Position numbers and translations under genes: made by a program. A stretch of 64,000 bases of DNA, from assembly GCA_051362555.1 (NCBI GenBank), contig CM120641.1, forward strand, positions 41,422,401 to 41,486,400, read 5' to 3'. Source of the stretch: Lingula anatina. Taxonomy: Eukaryota > Animalia > Brachiopoda. The notes under the pieces are model-generated. The model was not told the origin of the DNA and did not search any database. It saw nothing but the letters and a program-made list of their open reading frames with translations. Positions within the stretch are counted from its first letter, which is position 1, and each line of letters begins with the position of its first letter. Positions 1 to 12,740 of this stretch are shown here, piece by piece.

Positions 1-108
1 TATATTATATTATATTATATTATATTCAGAAACTTCTGTTTATATTTATATTAAAATTAATAAAAAGCAAATGCAATCAACCAGTTTTTGATGATACTGA
101 TAAGTCTA

Positions 109-111
109 CAT

Positions 112-146
<35 letters not shown>

Positions 147-148
147 TT
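109..148. repeat. (ATTT)n microsatellite
   Basis: Direct observation; (TAT)n also at 1-25. Confidence 0.9.
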
Positions 149-627
149 ACTATCTGAATGTAATCCCTTTGCTTTAAGATACACTGAAACTAGAAAAGAA
201 TGCCACATAGTTGTTGAGATGGTATTGGAATTATGTTAGAAATAGTGTATCTCAAATATTATTCAACAGAAAATGCACAGACTCATTGTTGGAAGGGCAA
301 GCTATAATTTTTGGATTAATTGGAATTTTTATTACGAAGACTTAAGTATGTTACTGGCAATGGAATGTTAAAAATCTTGTTTAATATTTAGATTGGATGG
401 TGATGTGAAGGTGGTGTTTTGTTAATTATTTCCTGCAAAACTGCTTTTAATGTATCTTTAAAAAAAAGTTAGCAGAACATTGTTAATCATTTAAAAGGGG
501 AAAAAAAACCAAAAATAAATTTAAAAATAATTTTTTTTAATAATTAATTTAAAAAAAAAAGCAAAGCCAAGTATACGCTTTGTAATTAGCAACCTCAAGC
601 AAAATATTGGAAACAAGGAATACTTAC

Positions 628-2083
628 AGGAAATCCCAATTTCTGTACAATTCTGGCATATTTTCTAGCTGCTAATTTTGCTTGCTCCTCACTGAAAACA
701 CAAATATATCAGCAACTCATTACTGAACAAGAAAAACACCAAGGGTACAGACATCATAGTCAAAAGCCTAGCATAACATGAATAATAAGAACCAAATTAC
801 AATAAGTCAAAGGTGAAAATTTTACATTCATGCAGGAGATTCCCTACCTCTTTGCCCCTGTGCACACCATCTTCCCTGAGCTGAATATGAGTGCTGTGGT
901 CCTAGGATCTCTTATCCTCATGATAACAGCAGCAAAACGCTTGGGATTGTACTCTGCATTTCTAGCATGCAGAGCAATCTTCTTGAGATCAAGCTTGCAG
1001 CCTAGATTCACTGTGCATACTATATTTCTGAAATGAGAAAAAGGGAAATGCAATAAAATATTAGGAAAAAGAGTAAGTACAAATTGTCAAATTTCATGGC
1101 TGATTTTTCCTCGTTTTCAAATATTACATTCCTAGTGTTAACTATCAAAATAGAAAAGCAAACTTTATATTTATGTAAAAAATGTCCAAACTTAAGACAA
1201 TACACAAAAAGTTGTAATGAGAGATGTCAATTGAAAAATTGATCCAGAAAAAGCAATTGGATACAGTTTTTTTCAAAAGGATATAAAAGGAAAGCTAAGA
1301 TGGAACATAAATTTTGAAGTATTGAACATGTTATCAAAAGCCTATATAATGTCTAATTTACCTTTCTCAAAAATGAAATGAAAATAAATAACTATGTCAT
1401 TCATCACTAAAATACTTCTTCAGCAAGACATGGTCAATTTCTAACAAAAAATATGCATTTCTTCATTTTCCTAACATAATTCCATTAAATCCAATTCTTT
1501 CTTAGAAATGCTATAATGTTATCTTACTGTAGCTGTGGAACTATTCCAGATCCTTCTGATGCTGGTGTGGCTGGGGTCATGGGAGTCAAAGGTCCCCCTG
1601 GGGTCGGTGGTGGAAACAAGCCCCCTGGAGATGCTCCTGGTAACATTGTCGTTGTCATGGACCCAGGGTATCCCGAGTGCATGGCTGGGGACATTATACT
1701 ACCCTGAGAAACATGAGGGAGTAAAGAGATTTCAATAAAACCGTATTTTAGCATTTAGGCAGAGAGCAATTAAATGCATTTTCTAAGCAAGAGTGAAGAA
1801 GTGGAATAAAAGTATTTTTATCCTATTTTCCATACTAATGCCACTCTAATAAACAAAATATTCAAACTGAACAGTAAAATAGAAGTGCACTAAATTCATT
1901 AATTTTTAAGCGAGCAGAAAATAACATGTCTACAAGAAGAGGTTTGAATATTATGCCAGCTTTATTTATAAATTAAAGTTAACATGCATTTACTAAATTA
2001 ATAGAAACATCTGTTTAACCTACCTGAGACGAGACTGACAGACTATGGCCATAGTTAGGAAAATTCTGTCCGGAACCATCCAT
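628..2083 (-). CDS. TBP: TATA-binding protein, 5' part (coding exons 2083-2024, 1703-1528, 1027-848, 691-628; remaining exons lie left of the window)
   Basis: Spliced translation [20 protein letters not shown]|GSIMSPAMH...[19 protein letters not shown]|[60 protein letters not shown]|[21 protein letters not shown] is the TBP core repeat 1. All introns are GT-AG with consistent phases. The start codon at 2083 is inferred. Confidence 0.96.
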
Positions 2084-2780
2084 TGTTAAAATATAATTCA
2101 CAGGTCTTGGACTGGACTATGGGATACAACTGGAACACGATAAGTAGGAAAATAAAATTAGTGATAGCTGACATGATGGGATTCTGAAACCAGCTAGGGT
2201 CTTTACTTATCTCATCTTTGAAGTGCAGACATGGCAAAAACTTTAAAGGTCTGATGGGTCTGATGTTATCTTCTTTAGGCCCAAGCCTTTTTCTCTTCAA
2301 TTGTAACAATTAGTCCATGGTATTATGACCTCATATAGGACAGGCATTTAACCTGCTTTCCTTCACCAATAATCCATTTGAGCAACTACAGCATTAATAT
2401 CTAGAAAAAAACACTTAATGAAGTATACTGATATCTGATGAATTACGTAAATATTTCATCCCCAAAGTTAATTAAAGGTTATAAATCCTATGCTGATAAT
2501 TTTCAGATATGGGGTAAACTTTGGAGATAGAACTGAAGGTTTGGAGGAATTGCACCACAAGAAATCTGCAGGCTACCCCCCCCCCCCCCCTCCGCCCGGC
2601 ACCCCCAATTCTGGTCTGAACTAAGTACTTAATTTCCGTTAAACTATGTTTACATGTGATTTATTTGTATGCATTGTTTATTCTCATAAATCTTGCCAGT
2701 TCTGAGGACTGCTGGCACTTCAAGTGGTCATGACCTGTCAGACAGGCTGTTTCCCCAGCCGAGAATTAATTACAGCTTTG

Positions 2781-2906
2781 TATAAGTAACTGGCTCGCAC
2801 TGCCAGTAATTTCGCCACGGGATATTAAGGGCACAGACCCTGATCATAAGATACCGCGAATAGAAAATAGATTTTTAGAAAATAGACTTTCCATGTGAAC
2901 GAAGCC
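2781..2906. mobile_element. Right half of the palindromic MITE found complete at 9705-9962
   Basis: Near-identical to ~9837-9962, ending GTGAACGAAGCC followed by TAA. It begins at the centre of symmetry of the full element. Confidence 0.85.
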
Positions 2907-3206
2907 TAAGTCAACAAAACGACTGAACAAAATAGAAGGGGAACAGTTCAAATTTGCATAAAATACTAGCCCCTTATAACAGTAGTCCGGTCAGTTACCA
3001 CCGTTTTTGCTCATAACTAGGCCTTCTCTTTCCAACTTCAGGGATTTTAAAACGAGATAACATATTTCAATAAATCTGTCGTTCATCCAATGTCAACGGC
3101 AATATTATGAACGTTCGCTGTGCGTTCAGTTACAGGTTCATATTCATGAAGTAATGTAAAATGGATCAGTATATTATTAACTAGAGACATAACACTGTGG
3201 ACATAC

Positions 3207-3654
3207 CTGTATATGTACATTATGTTAACAACACTTCAGATTACAAGTGAAACAGAAACATCATCCAACTTTCTTTAGAGCCATATTCTTCAGTACAATT
3301 TTTGCGGCATCAGCATGGTCTCGCTTTTTCTCGTGCACCTGACGATAACAAGACGGTCATTCATTAATCCAAACTATCCAATACAAAAATTAGGAAAACC
3401 CTTTTCATTATTCAAGCAAATTCATAATCAATTTTTGACAAGACTTTTAATGGCCTAAAGAGCTTTCTTAGACTGAGAATGACTTAAAAGCTTTTGTACT
3501 TTAGTTCTAAAACTGGTCGCTAGGTGGTGTTATATAGGTCAGCTTTCAAAATGGGTTATCGAAGGTTATCGATATATATCTGCCTCTCAGCTTCTCTCAG
3601 CAAGTATCATTAACTTAAGATAACAGTGTGAAGGCCCTGGGAATATGGTGGAAG
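3207..3654. promoter_or_regulatory. Putative bidirectional promoter between TBP (probable non-coding exon 1 ending at a donor at 3207) and the IDO gene
   Basis: A minus-strand CAG|GTATGT donor sits at 3209-3201 and the IDO ATG at 3655; the interval is CpG-richer than the flanking introns. Transcription start sites are inferred only. Confidence 0.45.
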
Positions 3655-6600
3655 ATGGATATAAATCTACGTTACTATCGTATATCAGAAACTGTTGGGT
3701 TTCTACTTGAAGAACCTCTGGTAATATTCTAACAGTAACAACATACGTTTCTGTAGACATTTACAGTTTACACGTGGAAATTTGTTTCTTTCCTCCTCAA
3801 CGGTATGACTAAAATGCGCAATACACTCATGGTCCCCAATATTCGCAGTATTGATTTTATCATTGGAAGTAAAGTGTCCAGGCTACGGCCTATTTTGTGA
3901 CACTTTTGATGTACACTCTACTTTTTTTTTAATCTCCAGACAGAGTTACCCAGCTATTTCGAAGCCTGGAGTGAGTTGGGTAAGAATGTCCCACACTACT
4001 TAAGCCAACATGAACTTCGGAGCAGGGTAGAGAAAGTATGTAAGATAAATTACTGTTGGTTGTCTGACAAAAAAAAAAAAAAAAGTTTATAGACCCTGCA
4101 TTTCCATCAAAGTATCTGAGCACATTTACATATTTGTGTAATGCAAAAATATTGTGAATTGTAATAGTTTTGGTTGACAAAGAAAAATATTTTTGATATT
4201 GATATCAACTGTTTTACCCCCCCCCCCCTTTCCCTGTAAATTGATGAGAATAACCTCAATGCTTACCGGGCAGTATACCTATAAAGTTTCACTACAGATT
4301 TTCCCCCCAATATGTGTACTATATTGACACACAGTTGCAGTTTCTTTTGAAATGTTCATTTGTGGTAACTACAGTATGAGTTCCGATTAAGAGTCATGTT
4401 TGCTTTCAGATGCCCCTCCTCGACTACACCCAGTTAAGTGACTATCATCAGTACTGCCTGGCACATCTGCTACTGTCATTTATAGGAGCTGGGTATGTGT
4501 GGCAAGAAGGAGACAAAGGAGTAGTGCAGGTAACTTAAACATGGGTGAAAGCATTCAGGATTATGCCCGATTTCAGGATTTTTTTTTCGTGTGGTCTTAA
4601 TTCGATGAGAAATTGCAAACCTCATTTTCAGGATTTTCAGTTTTTACAGCATAATTATTGTCATGTGAGTATGTGATGGTTATCCTTTAGTAGTCATATA
4701 TATATTCCAGTCTGTTCCTGCATCCCTTGCCATCCCCTGGTGTGGTGTGTCTGACTACCTTGGTATACATCCTATCATATCCCACACAGACTTTGCATTG
4801 GTCAACTGGACAAAGATTGATCCACAGAGGTAAAGGCCTGCATATATTAAAAGGCTTTTTGCCTCAAATATGTAATTTTTCATAAAGGAATGCAATGCTT
4901 TTGAGGTCTTTAGAAAGTAAAAATAAATCCTGGGCATTTTAGTGATTTTCTCTTAACTTTTTTGGTATGAGCCTATAGTATCAAAACCCTTTCAAAATAT
5001 TACCATCAGTGTGTATTGATACCTTTTTTATTTCTCACCCATTATGTGTGACATATTGATATCTTTTTTATTTCTCACCCATGCGAGTGACATTCCCCAG
5101 ACTCCATTTCAGTTATGAGCAACAAAAAAATTAACAAGAAATATAAAATGCTGTTATATTTATTCTAATGATATACAATTCTATGCAATCTATTTATAAA
5201 TGTTTTTTTCTTTTTTTTCTTTCAGGCCTTTGGAACTTTGGTAAGGACTAATTTTAATTTGCATTTGGCACAAATCAGTGATAGATTAAACCAAAATAAA
5301 AACAACAGTTACTGCAAGTATGTAAATTGGCCCAGACCATTTGGAAAATCATGCTTAATGCTGTGTTTAAAAGTAATCTACAAAGTAAAAATATTAAGGC
5401 TACTTGTTTGAATTTATTGTTTAAAGAAGTAAAATGTGTAATTGTGTGCCATAGGTGAAAAAACATTTCTAAAGACATAAAATTACTGTCGAATGTACAT
5501 TCATATCAAAATGAAAAGCCAAAATTGATGAAAATATTTCATGAAAAGTTTTGAGCAATGAGTGGTGGGGAGCAAAGAATGTAAACAATATTTAACAATG
5601 TTTTTTTTTTTCCAGTAACCTTCAGAATATATGTAGACTCCCTGGTGGCAAACACATGGAGTGGTTCTCATTGGTCACTGTGCAGATGGAGATGGACTTT
5701 GCCTCTGGGATTAGAGTACGTTATGGGAGGTTTGACAATCATGTGACACTATATAATACTACTAAGCTCTGTAAAAGATGTTTAATTGTATTAACTGTGC
5801 TGTTGTGTTGCAAAGAGACAGGATACTTTTCTTTGCTTACAGTACAGGAAGAAAGGAATTATAATGTGAGCAAAGTGTGCAAAGTTTGGCATTTCATATT
5901 TTTCATAAAAATAAGAATGATTAAGGACTGTAGTATTCACTAAAATATTGCTCTGCATTAATTAAGGACATATCTAATTAGAAAGCTATTTAAATACAAG
6001 TAAAAAATTAACTTATTTTGCATATATATTTTAGCCTCTCCTGTCAGCCATAGATAGTGTAGAACATGGCAATAATAACCAGTTGATTCAAGCACTTCGC
6101 GGACTTCAGGATACTTTGTGCAAAATGAAGAAAACTATATCCAGGATGCATGGTAGGGTGAGCTTCTAGTACATGTATAGTCTTTGTTCATGACAAGACA
6201 TTTTGTATGAAATGTTGTGATGTGAAGTGCATTTCAGTTTTAAAGTTGTCCAGAAATTACCAGCTTGATCAGTAAATTTTGTTGAGTGTCTGTGGTACAA
6301 GTAGCTTGTTTTCTTTATTATGGGGAAAATGATCTCATATATTTTGACCCATAGGTTTTTCCCCACATATTGCATAATGTGTACAGTATTTAATAAATAG
6401 TCTTATTTAGGATGTTAATTAATTATGTTTCAGATGAACTGGATGCTGATGTGTTTTACAATGTGATTAGACCATACCTGAATGGGTAAGATATTTAAAA
6501 ATTATTTCGTCTAATATTAAATCCATCAATTTTTATTTTCTAGGGATTTCCAAAGATTTTTAATATATATCTTGAATCTGTTTAATATTCAAATGCTTCA

Positions 6601-8920
6601 TAATAGGCCTCTTTTCAGTTTTGTGCATGATATATATAAGTTTAATGCATTGTTATTATTATTGACTGTATTTCAGTTGGGGTGGTGCTGGCTCCCCGCT
6701 TCCCCAGGGTCTGATATATGAAGGGGTCAGCGAACAACCTGTTCAGGTATGTACTGGGTTAGTAAGCTGTTGTCACTTGTGGCAGTATGCACCTTACTAT
6801 TGTAGTGCACTACAACAAAATGATTGGTAATTCTACTGATTGGTAATTTATTTTCAGTTTGTTATTTGCTGAAGTATGAAGTAGTATTTGTTTGATGTAA
6901 CTATAGTGGACAGTGAATATTTAGTAAATTTACATATAAAGCAGAGGTGAATACTGCAGGAGTAGGTTGGGTGGGGGAAAGGGGGGTAGTTGAAAAAGTT
7001 AATTGAAAAAAATCATTATGAAGTGAAAGCCCCTCCTTTCTTACAGTCCATCAAATTTCTGCTATTTTTTCTTCACTCAGCATCTAGTACCACGGCCTGT
7101 ACAAATATCCTGCTTGCGCCTATTGTAGGACTTCAACAGCTCACCTACTTAACATATTTCTCAGGTTATGGCACCGCAGTGATTTTAAAATTCTCATATT
7201 TTCAGCTGTCAGGGGGCAGTGCAGCACAAAGCACTTCTATGCAGTTTATTGACCATGTGCTAGGAATAGAACATAAAGAAGGTGGGTACTTCACTTTCAT
7301 TGGCAAAGAGTCCCCCCATCGGCATCCTCAAAAGGAAAGATAAGACATAAAACATTTTCAAATAGATAACACTTACAATTTCCATCCCCTCTTGTCCCTG
7401 CTTAATCTTCTTGACTTCCACTTGATGATTCAGACTTTCAGCAATAAGAGTAAAATAATTTACTTTGAACTACTCACGTAGAACATACAGAAACCCTGGC
7501 TGACTGTAGAAAAGTATGTTGCTCGTAACTTTAGGCATTGATTTTACCCTGGCAGCGTGTTATTGTTTTGATGAAAAAAAAACATTGAAGATCGAATATT
7601 TTAATTTAAATTTATGCAAATTGTTTAGAGGTGTTCGTACCAGTAACTTTAATATTTTTAGATCACACAGCTTTTTTGAAGAGAATGAGGGATTACATGC
7701 CGGCCCCTCACAGGCAATTTTTACAAGACCTGAGTAACAGACCCAGGGTGAAAGAATATGGTAAATATTTGGGATAATGTCCTTGAAAGAGTCCTTCAAA
7801 ATGACCAAAGATAGAACATGTTTTGAGTCAAATATGAGACTGTATGACAATTCTCAAGTTAAGTTTAGTAATATTGCTCTTTTCATATTTAAGTTTGCTT
7901 TGATTTTCTCTTACTGTTGAATGGCAAGTGGAATACATTATAAAAGCTGATTATAAGTTAAGCCAAATTATGATTTATGTGAAAAACACTTTCCCATACA
8001 GAAAGTGTAATAACTAACAAGGTATATTTTTGTTTGTCAGTTGAGGCATCAGACAACAAGGAACTTGTCAAGGAATATAATCTGACAGTTGAGGCAGTGA
8101 AAAACTTCAGGAGCTACCACATTCAGCTCGTTGCCAAGTGAGTTAAGGCAAATTTCTTTTCATTAGGCAGTTCAATATTTAAAGACATGCGGGTGTGCTA
8201 GACCTTTTCTATTGCAAAAGATGGATTTCCCCCATAAACTAATAACCAAGGTATACCCTTTCCAAAACCATTGACTCATAGATAATTGTGAACTCATTTT
8301 GAATTTTAAAATAATTTTAATTTGCCAGTTCCTATCTCAGTATTTGAAATAATTTGGCTTCAAATATAGTATAATTGTGTTTCAGATATATTGTTGTTCA
8401 GTCAAACCGTGTGAATAGAAACAAGAGCTACGAGTCTGTTGAGAAAAAAGGAACTGGAGGACAAAGTGAGGTCCTTTTTAATGTCATTTCTCAATAATTA
8501 TTACTGTCAGTCACTGTTCTTGAAATGTTACATACTAGTATATTTAATCATGTGAGTACTCAATTCATTTCTGTTCTCTTCAAATTCTATTCTTTTAATA
8601 CACACATTGGTTGGAGTGTACTATTGTGTCTGTATCTGTTTTTCTGGTAGATAAGTTATTTTCCAAGTAGGTACATGCCACAATAAATATACATTTTATG
8701 TAATAGTATCAGTCTTCCACTTGAAATTTTTTTAGCAAAATTAGGTAGAGACATTAACCTGGGCTAATTTTAAAAACAGTATGTATATAGAAAATTTATT
8801 TTCATACCAGTTTTATCCTAAGTTCTATGTTTATCCTATCTTATAGGCCTGATGCCATTTTTAAAAGGAATCAGAAATACGACTGCTGCTGCAGCTGTGC
8901 AGAAGGAACCTGTCACATGA
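3655..8920 (+). CDS. IDO: Indoleamine 2,3-dioxygenase family heme protein, complete, 14 coding exons (3655-3720, 3940-4035, 4410-4529, 4711-4829, 5226-5240, 5616-5715, 6035-6152, 6434-6485, 6677-6746, 7206-7281, 7662-7760, 8041-8137, 8386-8465, 8847-8920)
   Basis: Spliced translation MDINLRYYRISETVGFLLEEPL|TELPSYFEAW...AHLLLSFIGAGYVWQEG...FYNVIRPYLNGWGG...GLIYEGVSEQPVQLSGGSAAQS...RDYMPAPHRQFL...FRSYHIQLVAKYI...KGTGGQSLMPFLKGIRNTT...KEPVT*. It contains the IDO hallmarks GGSAxQS, the proximal His in RSYH, and GTGG. All introns are GT-AG and phase-compatible. Confidence 0.95.
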
Positions 8921-9025
8921 CCAAAACCAGCTCAGGAAGATTACTTAAATTTAAATTGTTAAAATATGTGATTGCTCATCAAAGTCAAATCCAGTAATGC
9001 AACGAAATGATAGGCGATTCAAAGA

Positions 9026-9704
9026 TTAAATGAGACTTAAACCTTGGTAAGGTGAAGCTTGATTAAGATTGTTCGTTATCATAATATCAGGCATGATGAG
9101 ATCAAGTGATTGTGCATGCATACTAGAAGCATCATTCTTGAACATGTCCATGTCACGTGTCGCAGACTTCAGAATAGAATGAAGAATATGGGTGGAATTC
9201 TGCTTGAACAGCAGTAATACTGTCAAGAAACAGCTAAGATTTCCAAAAATGACTTAAGTTTTGAAAAGTGGTTAGTACCCTGACATCCTTCTTTGACTCC
9301 TGGGTCAGGTCTTCCCATGCCTTATTTTTCTTGGCAACAAAGGTGTGGTCCATCCTCTTTTTATTATAAATGAAATCATTCCTTCAGGAAAAGGGCCATC
9401 TCCTGTTCATTTTCTGTAAGATTCAATAACATCTGAACAATTTACCCTATCACAAAGATTTTAGGACTTTCTGATGAATGCTGTCAGTTGGAATGGAGTA
9501 ATATGCGTCCTTGATATAAACACTAGCCATAAAATGACCTGGTTTCATCATGGTGATAGCATTGTGAAGTGTGTCTATTTTAAAATGTGCATACTCCACA
9601 AAGTCACTTTGCCTCCCACCAGTTCCATAATATCTTTGTGGTCCATAGATGCAGTCCCAATCACCAACTGTCCAGAAAATCAAAGTGCGACTAAAAATGT
9701 CTAA
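9026..9704 (-). mobile_element. Degenerate DIRS-type (tyrosine-recombinase) retrotransposon fragment
   Basis: ORF 9450-9722 contains YAHFKIDTLHNAITMMKPGHFMASVYIKDAYYSIPTDSIHQKVLK, matching the DIRS1-like RT pattern HFKMxT...xDLKDAYxxIPI..HQKxL. Downstream sequence is heavily decayed, so the boundaries are approximate. Confidence 0.7.
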
Positions 9705-9962
9705 GGCTTCATTCACATGCAATGTCTATTTTCTAAATTCTATTTTCTATTCGCGGTATGTCTTATGATCATGGTCTGTGCCCTTAATATCCCGCGGCGT
9801 AATTACTGGCAGCGCGAGCCAGTTACTATAAGTTACTATAAGTAACTGGCTCGCGCTGCCAGTAATTACGCGGCGGGATATTCAGGGCACAGACCGTGAT
9901 CATAAGATAGCGCGAATAGAAAATAGATTTTTAGAAAATAGACATTCCATGTGAACGAAGCC
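9705..9962. mobile_element. 258-bp almost fully palindromic MITE, PIF/Harbinger (Tourist)-like
   Basis: The arms GGCTTCATTCACATG...GAGCCAGTTAC and GTAACTGGCTC...CATGTGAACGAAGCC are reverse complements over ~120 bp with few mismatches. TAA flanks both sides (9702-9704, 9963-9965), giving a 3-bp TWA target duplication. Confidence 0.88.
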
Positions 9963-11689
9963 TAAGAAACCAACATGAAGATGTATTCCCTGTCCACTGG
10001 GAAGAATGCAAAGAATGAAGTAAGAGTGCTCAGCAATTGACGAAGAAAACCATGAACAATGGAGACAAGAAAAAACCTGTAGCATGTGAAGAAGGCAACT
10101 AAGTTCACTGAGCAAGCTCGACCTAGTTCTATCTCACATAAGCCTCCTTGTGAGTGAATATGAGGCAGAATTATTCTTACCTTTTTTTTTCTTTTTCTTT
10201 TTTACTTTTTTTCAGAAGAAAGAACTATTTGAAAACAGATAGCATAAAAATCAAATTAGTGAAAAATAATCGAATTATAAATTTAGCCTTTTTTGCAACA
10301 TACCTCATGCTCTTGCATTGTTCTTGGTCATTTTTTCCTAAGAGAGCAGCCTTGTAAGGCGATGAGGTTAGCACTGCTGCATTCTTTTTTATGGGCCTGC
10401 TTTGCTTGAAGCTTTGAAGAGGGGATAAGTCGTTAATAATTTCCCTGATTCCTTATTCCTTGAACGGATTCTGAATTCTGTTTGTTTTGAAGTGGAGGTT
10501 GAATGGGTATGTCCGAGGCAGGGCTATCACCCCTTTCTGTCTCCATGGGATACTGCAGACTGTGTTGCAGTACCCAGTCATAGTGACTGACATCCTGGCC
10601 TCATCTTGTAATCTGACCAATCAGCTTGGCATTTCTTTTTCTTTCACTTGCTACATCATATCGCTACACCACCCGACACAGAGCCTCTACCTCAACAATT
10701 GACCAGTTGAGGACTTTGCTGGCCACAATTATCTCTAACTCCCCTGGCAAGGAAGTTGGCAATGACATGGCAGCAATTCTTTCTTCCAAACAGGAATACT
10801 ACACTATAGCTAATAAGTCCCCGGTCACTTTAATAGCACACGCTGTCTACATCAGACGCGCTAATGCGCACGTCCCCGACAGTGTTAATGATAGGGGGAT
10901 TACGATGGACAGCGCATGTTGCTCACAGCAGTAGGCATTGCCGCCGAAGTTAAACCGGTAATTAAGTCTTTAACTTGACTAAACATGTTTTGCTTTGTAA
11001 CTTGCGTCCTTCAGTCTTGCTGTTGCGGAAGCGCCGGCGGGACATATCTCCACCTTGCCGATATTTATCCCGACTCTCGACTTTAAAAGTATTTTTGGTT
11101 TTGATTTTATCAAGGTCTTATTATATCAGAAAACCTGCATATTTTCATACGTTAAGAGAATTATAGAAACTGTAGAAAAAGCTACTCGTACATCAGGGAT
11201 AAAAAACACCTTGCAGCACTATTACCTATTATTCATCACCAGAAGTTACTGTTTCACTTTTTTCTCCCAAATTACAAAGTCTGATGACAACTGAAAGCCT
11301 TTAGCCATACCTCAGGGCAGTGGGAGATAGTCTGGATTTGATTAAATGTAATAAAAGTATATTTTGAAGAATTTTCCTAGCCTTCGGCAATTTCCGCAAA
11401 GCTTCGGCATGCGCGGCAATACAGAGCTGTCGATATCTATATGCGTGAACAGTAGAATTGGTGGAACAACGGTTAACGTCGTTGAGTCGTCTGCAACCTA
11501 CCCGACGTGAGTTCGTGTCCCAGTCGGTACTTTTGAAGATTTTGAAATTGTCATTATTATAAATATCTATTAATATATAAAACAGTCGTGGCTGATTGTT
11601 TTGCAACGGAAAGCACAGTAGGAAGGTTGGTTGTTATTGTTAAAGTTTTTATTACTGGGGACATAAATTAGTATGCTAATCTCTTATCA

Positions 11690-12660
11690 TGGTATAATGA
11701 TTGATACGATGGGTATCAAATAGTTTTCCTTTGATATAAACAACAAAAGAGCGGCCTTCCAAATATCTTTGCTGAATGTTTATAACGTAGGTACTATTAT
11801 GCGCAAAAATATTGATACATGACGCAAACGACATTTACTAATTTTGGTAATATCAATTTTAATTAAAATTAAATTTAATTGAAATTAAAATTAAAATTTG
11901 TCTAAACGTGCATATTACCATTCACCTTGTTTAAAGGGTTCGCAACACTTTACATTCTAATACATTTTGCCAATTTTCATGTTTGCTAGTTTATTTTGAT
12001 TTGAGAGAAAGCGAGAGAAGACCTCTACTAGGGCCGCAAATTAATTATGAGTATTTTTCTTCAGTGCAAGAGACTGTGTAATGAAAAATCAATCTGTAAC
12101 TCTGGTATAGGGTGGCCTTGTGTGTGTAATAATATACAAGTAGGGGCAGGGGTACAGTTTTATAGTACAAATAGTCATTTTATACATCTTATTGATCTCA
12201 TCGTCGGGTCATTGTTTACAATATAGCGCTTTGTTGCTGTGCGTACCTTTTTGCATTTGAGTTAGACTCAGTCAGTAACAGCTGGTGATTTTGTCTTTTT
12301 TGCGTTTCATTGACAATATTTTGGCCACCTAAGTAGGGAAATGTGGCTCTTTGTTTTGAAATGACATTTCCATTGTTCCTTTGAACATGCAAAAGTCAAC
12401 ACACTACGTCAACATACTTACTTTGTAATACCAACCCAGGGGAAGAAACAAAAGCCTCATAAGGTGTCGTCATTCACACTGTAAAAGGTGTTAATTTCAT
12501 GCTTCTATTGTTTGCCCATGAATCGTTATGACAAATTTGTAGGGTTGCCAGATCACTGGCGCTTCATTCAATTCTCTATATCTGCCCTGCAGCCTGGGAT
12601 GAGTGATACTTGACTGACCTTTGTTTACATCTGGAGATTTTCTTTATAATTCGATCAGTG
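11690..12660 (-). mobile_element. Highly decayed LINE reverse-transcriptase fragments (CR1/L2-like)
   Basis: Interrupted minus-strand frames give RYLEGRSFVVYIKGK (cf. SYLxxRxxxVxIxG), DDT, ADIENxMKRQ and FPYLG thumb-like snippets, with many stops. Confidence 0.4.
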
Positions 12661-12740
12661 TGCATAAATTATGATATTTTCTATCAGGAAAAATACGTGA
12701 TAATGTTACGATTCTTATTTTACGGATACATAATTACAAA

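Noticed and set aside
5010-5092. ~40-bp tandem duplication in IDO intron 4
   Set aside because: Two-copy local slippage with no unique spacers or structure; not CRISPR-like.
10430-10934. Continuation of the DIRS element or a 102-aa plus-strand gene
   Set aside because: No recognisable motif; possibly an unrelated gag-like relic on the minus strand, but not supportable.
11278-11310. Hammerhead ribozyme core (CTGATGA...GAAA)
   Set aside because: No pairing stem II, and no stem III followed by a UH cleavage site.
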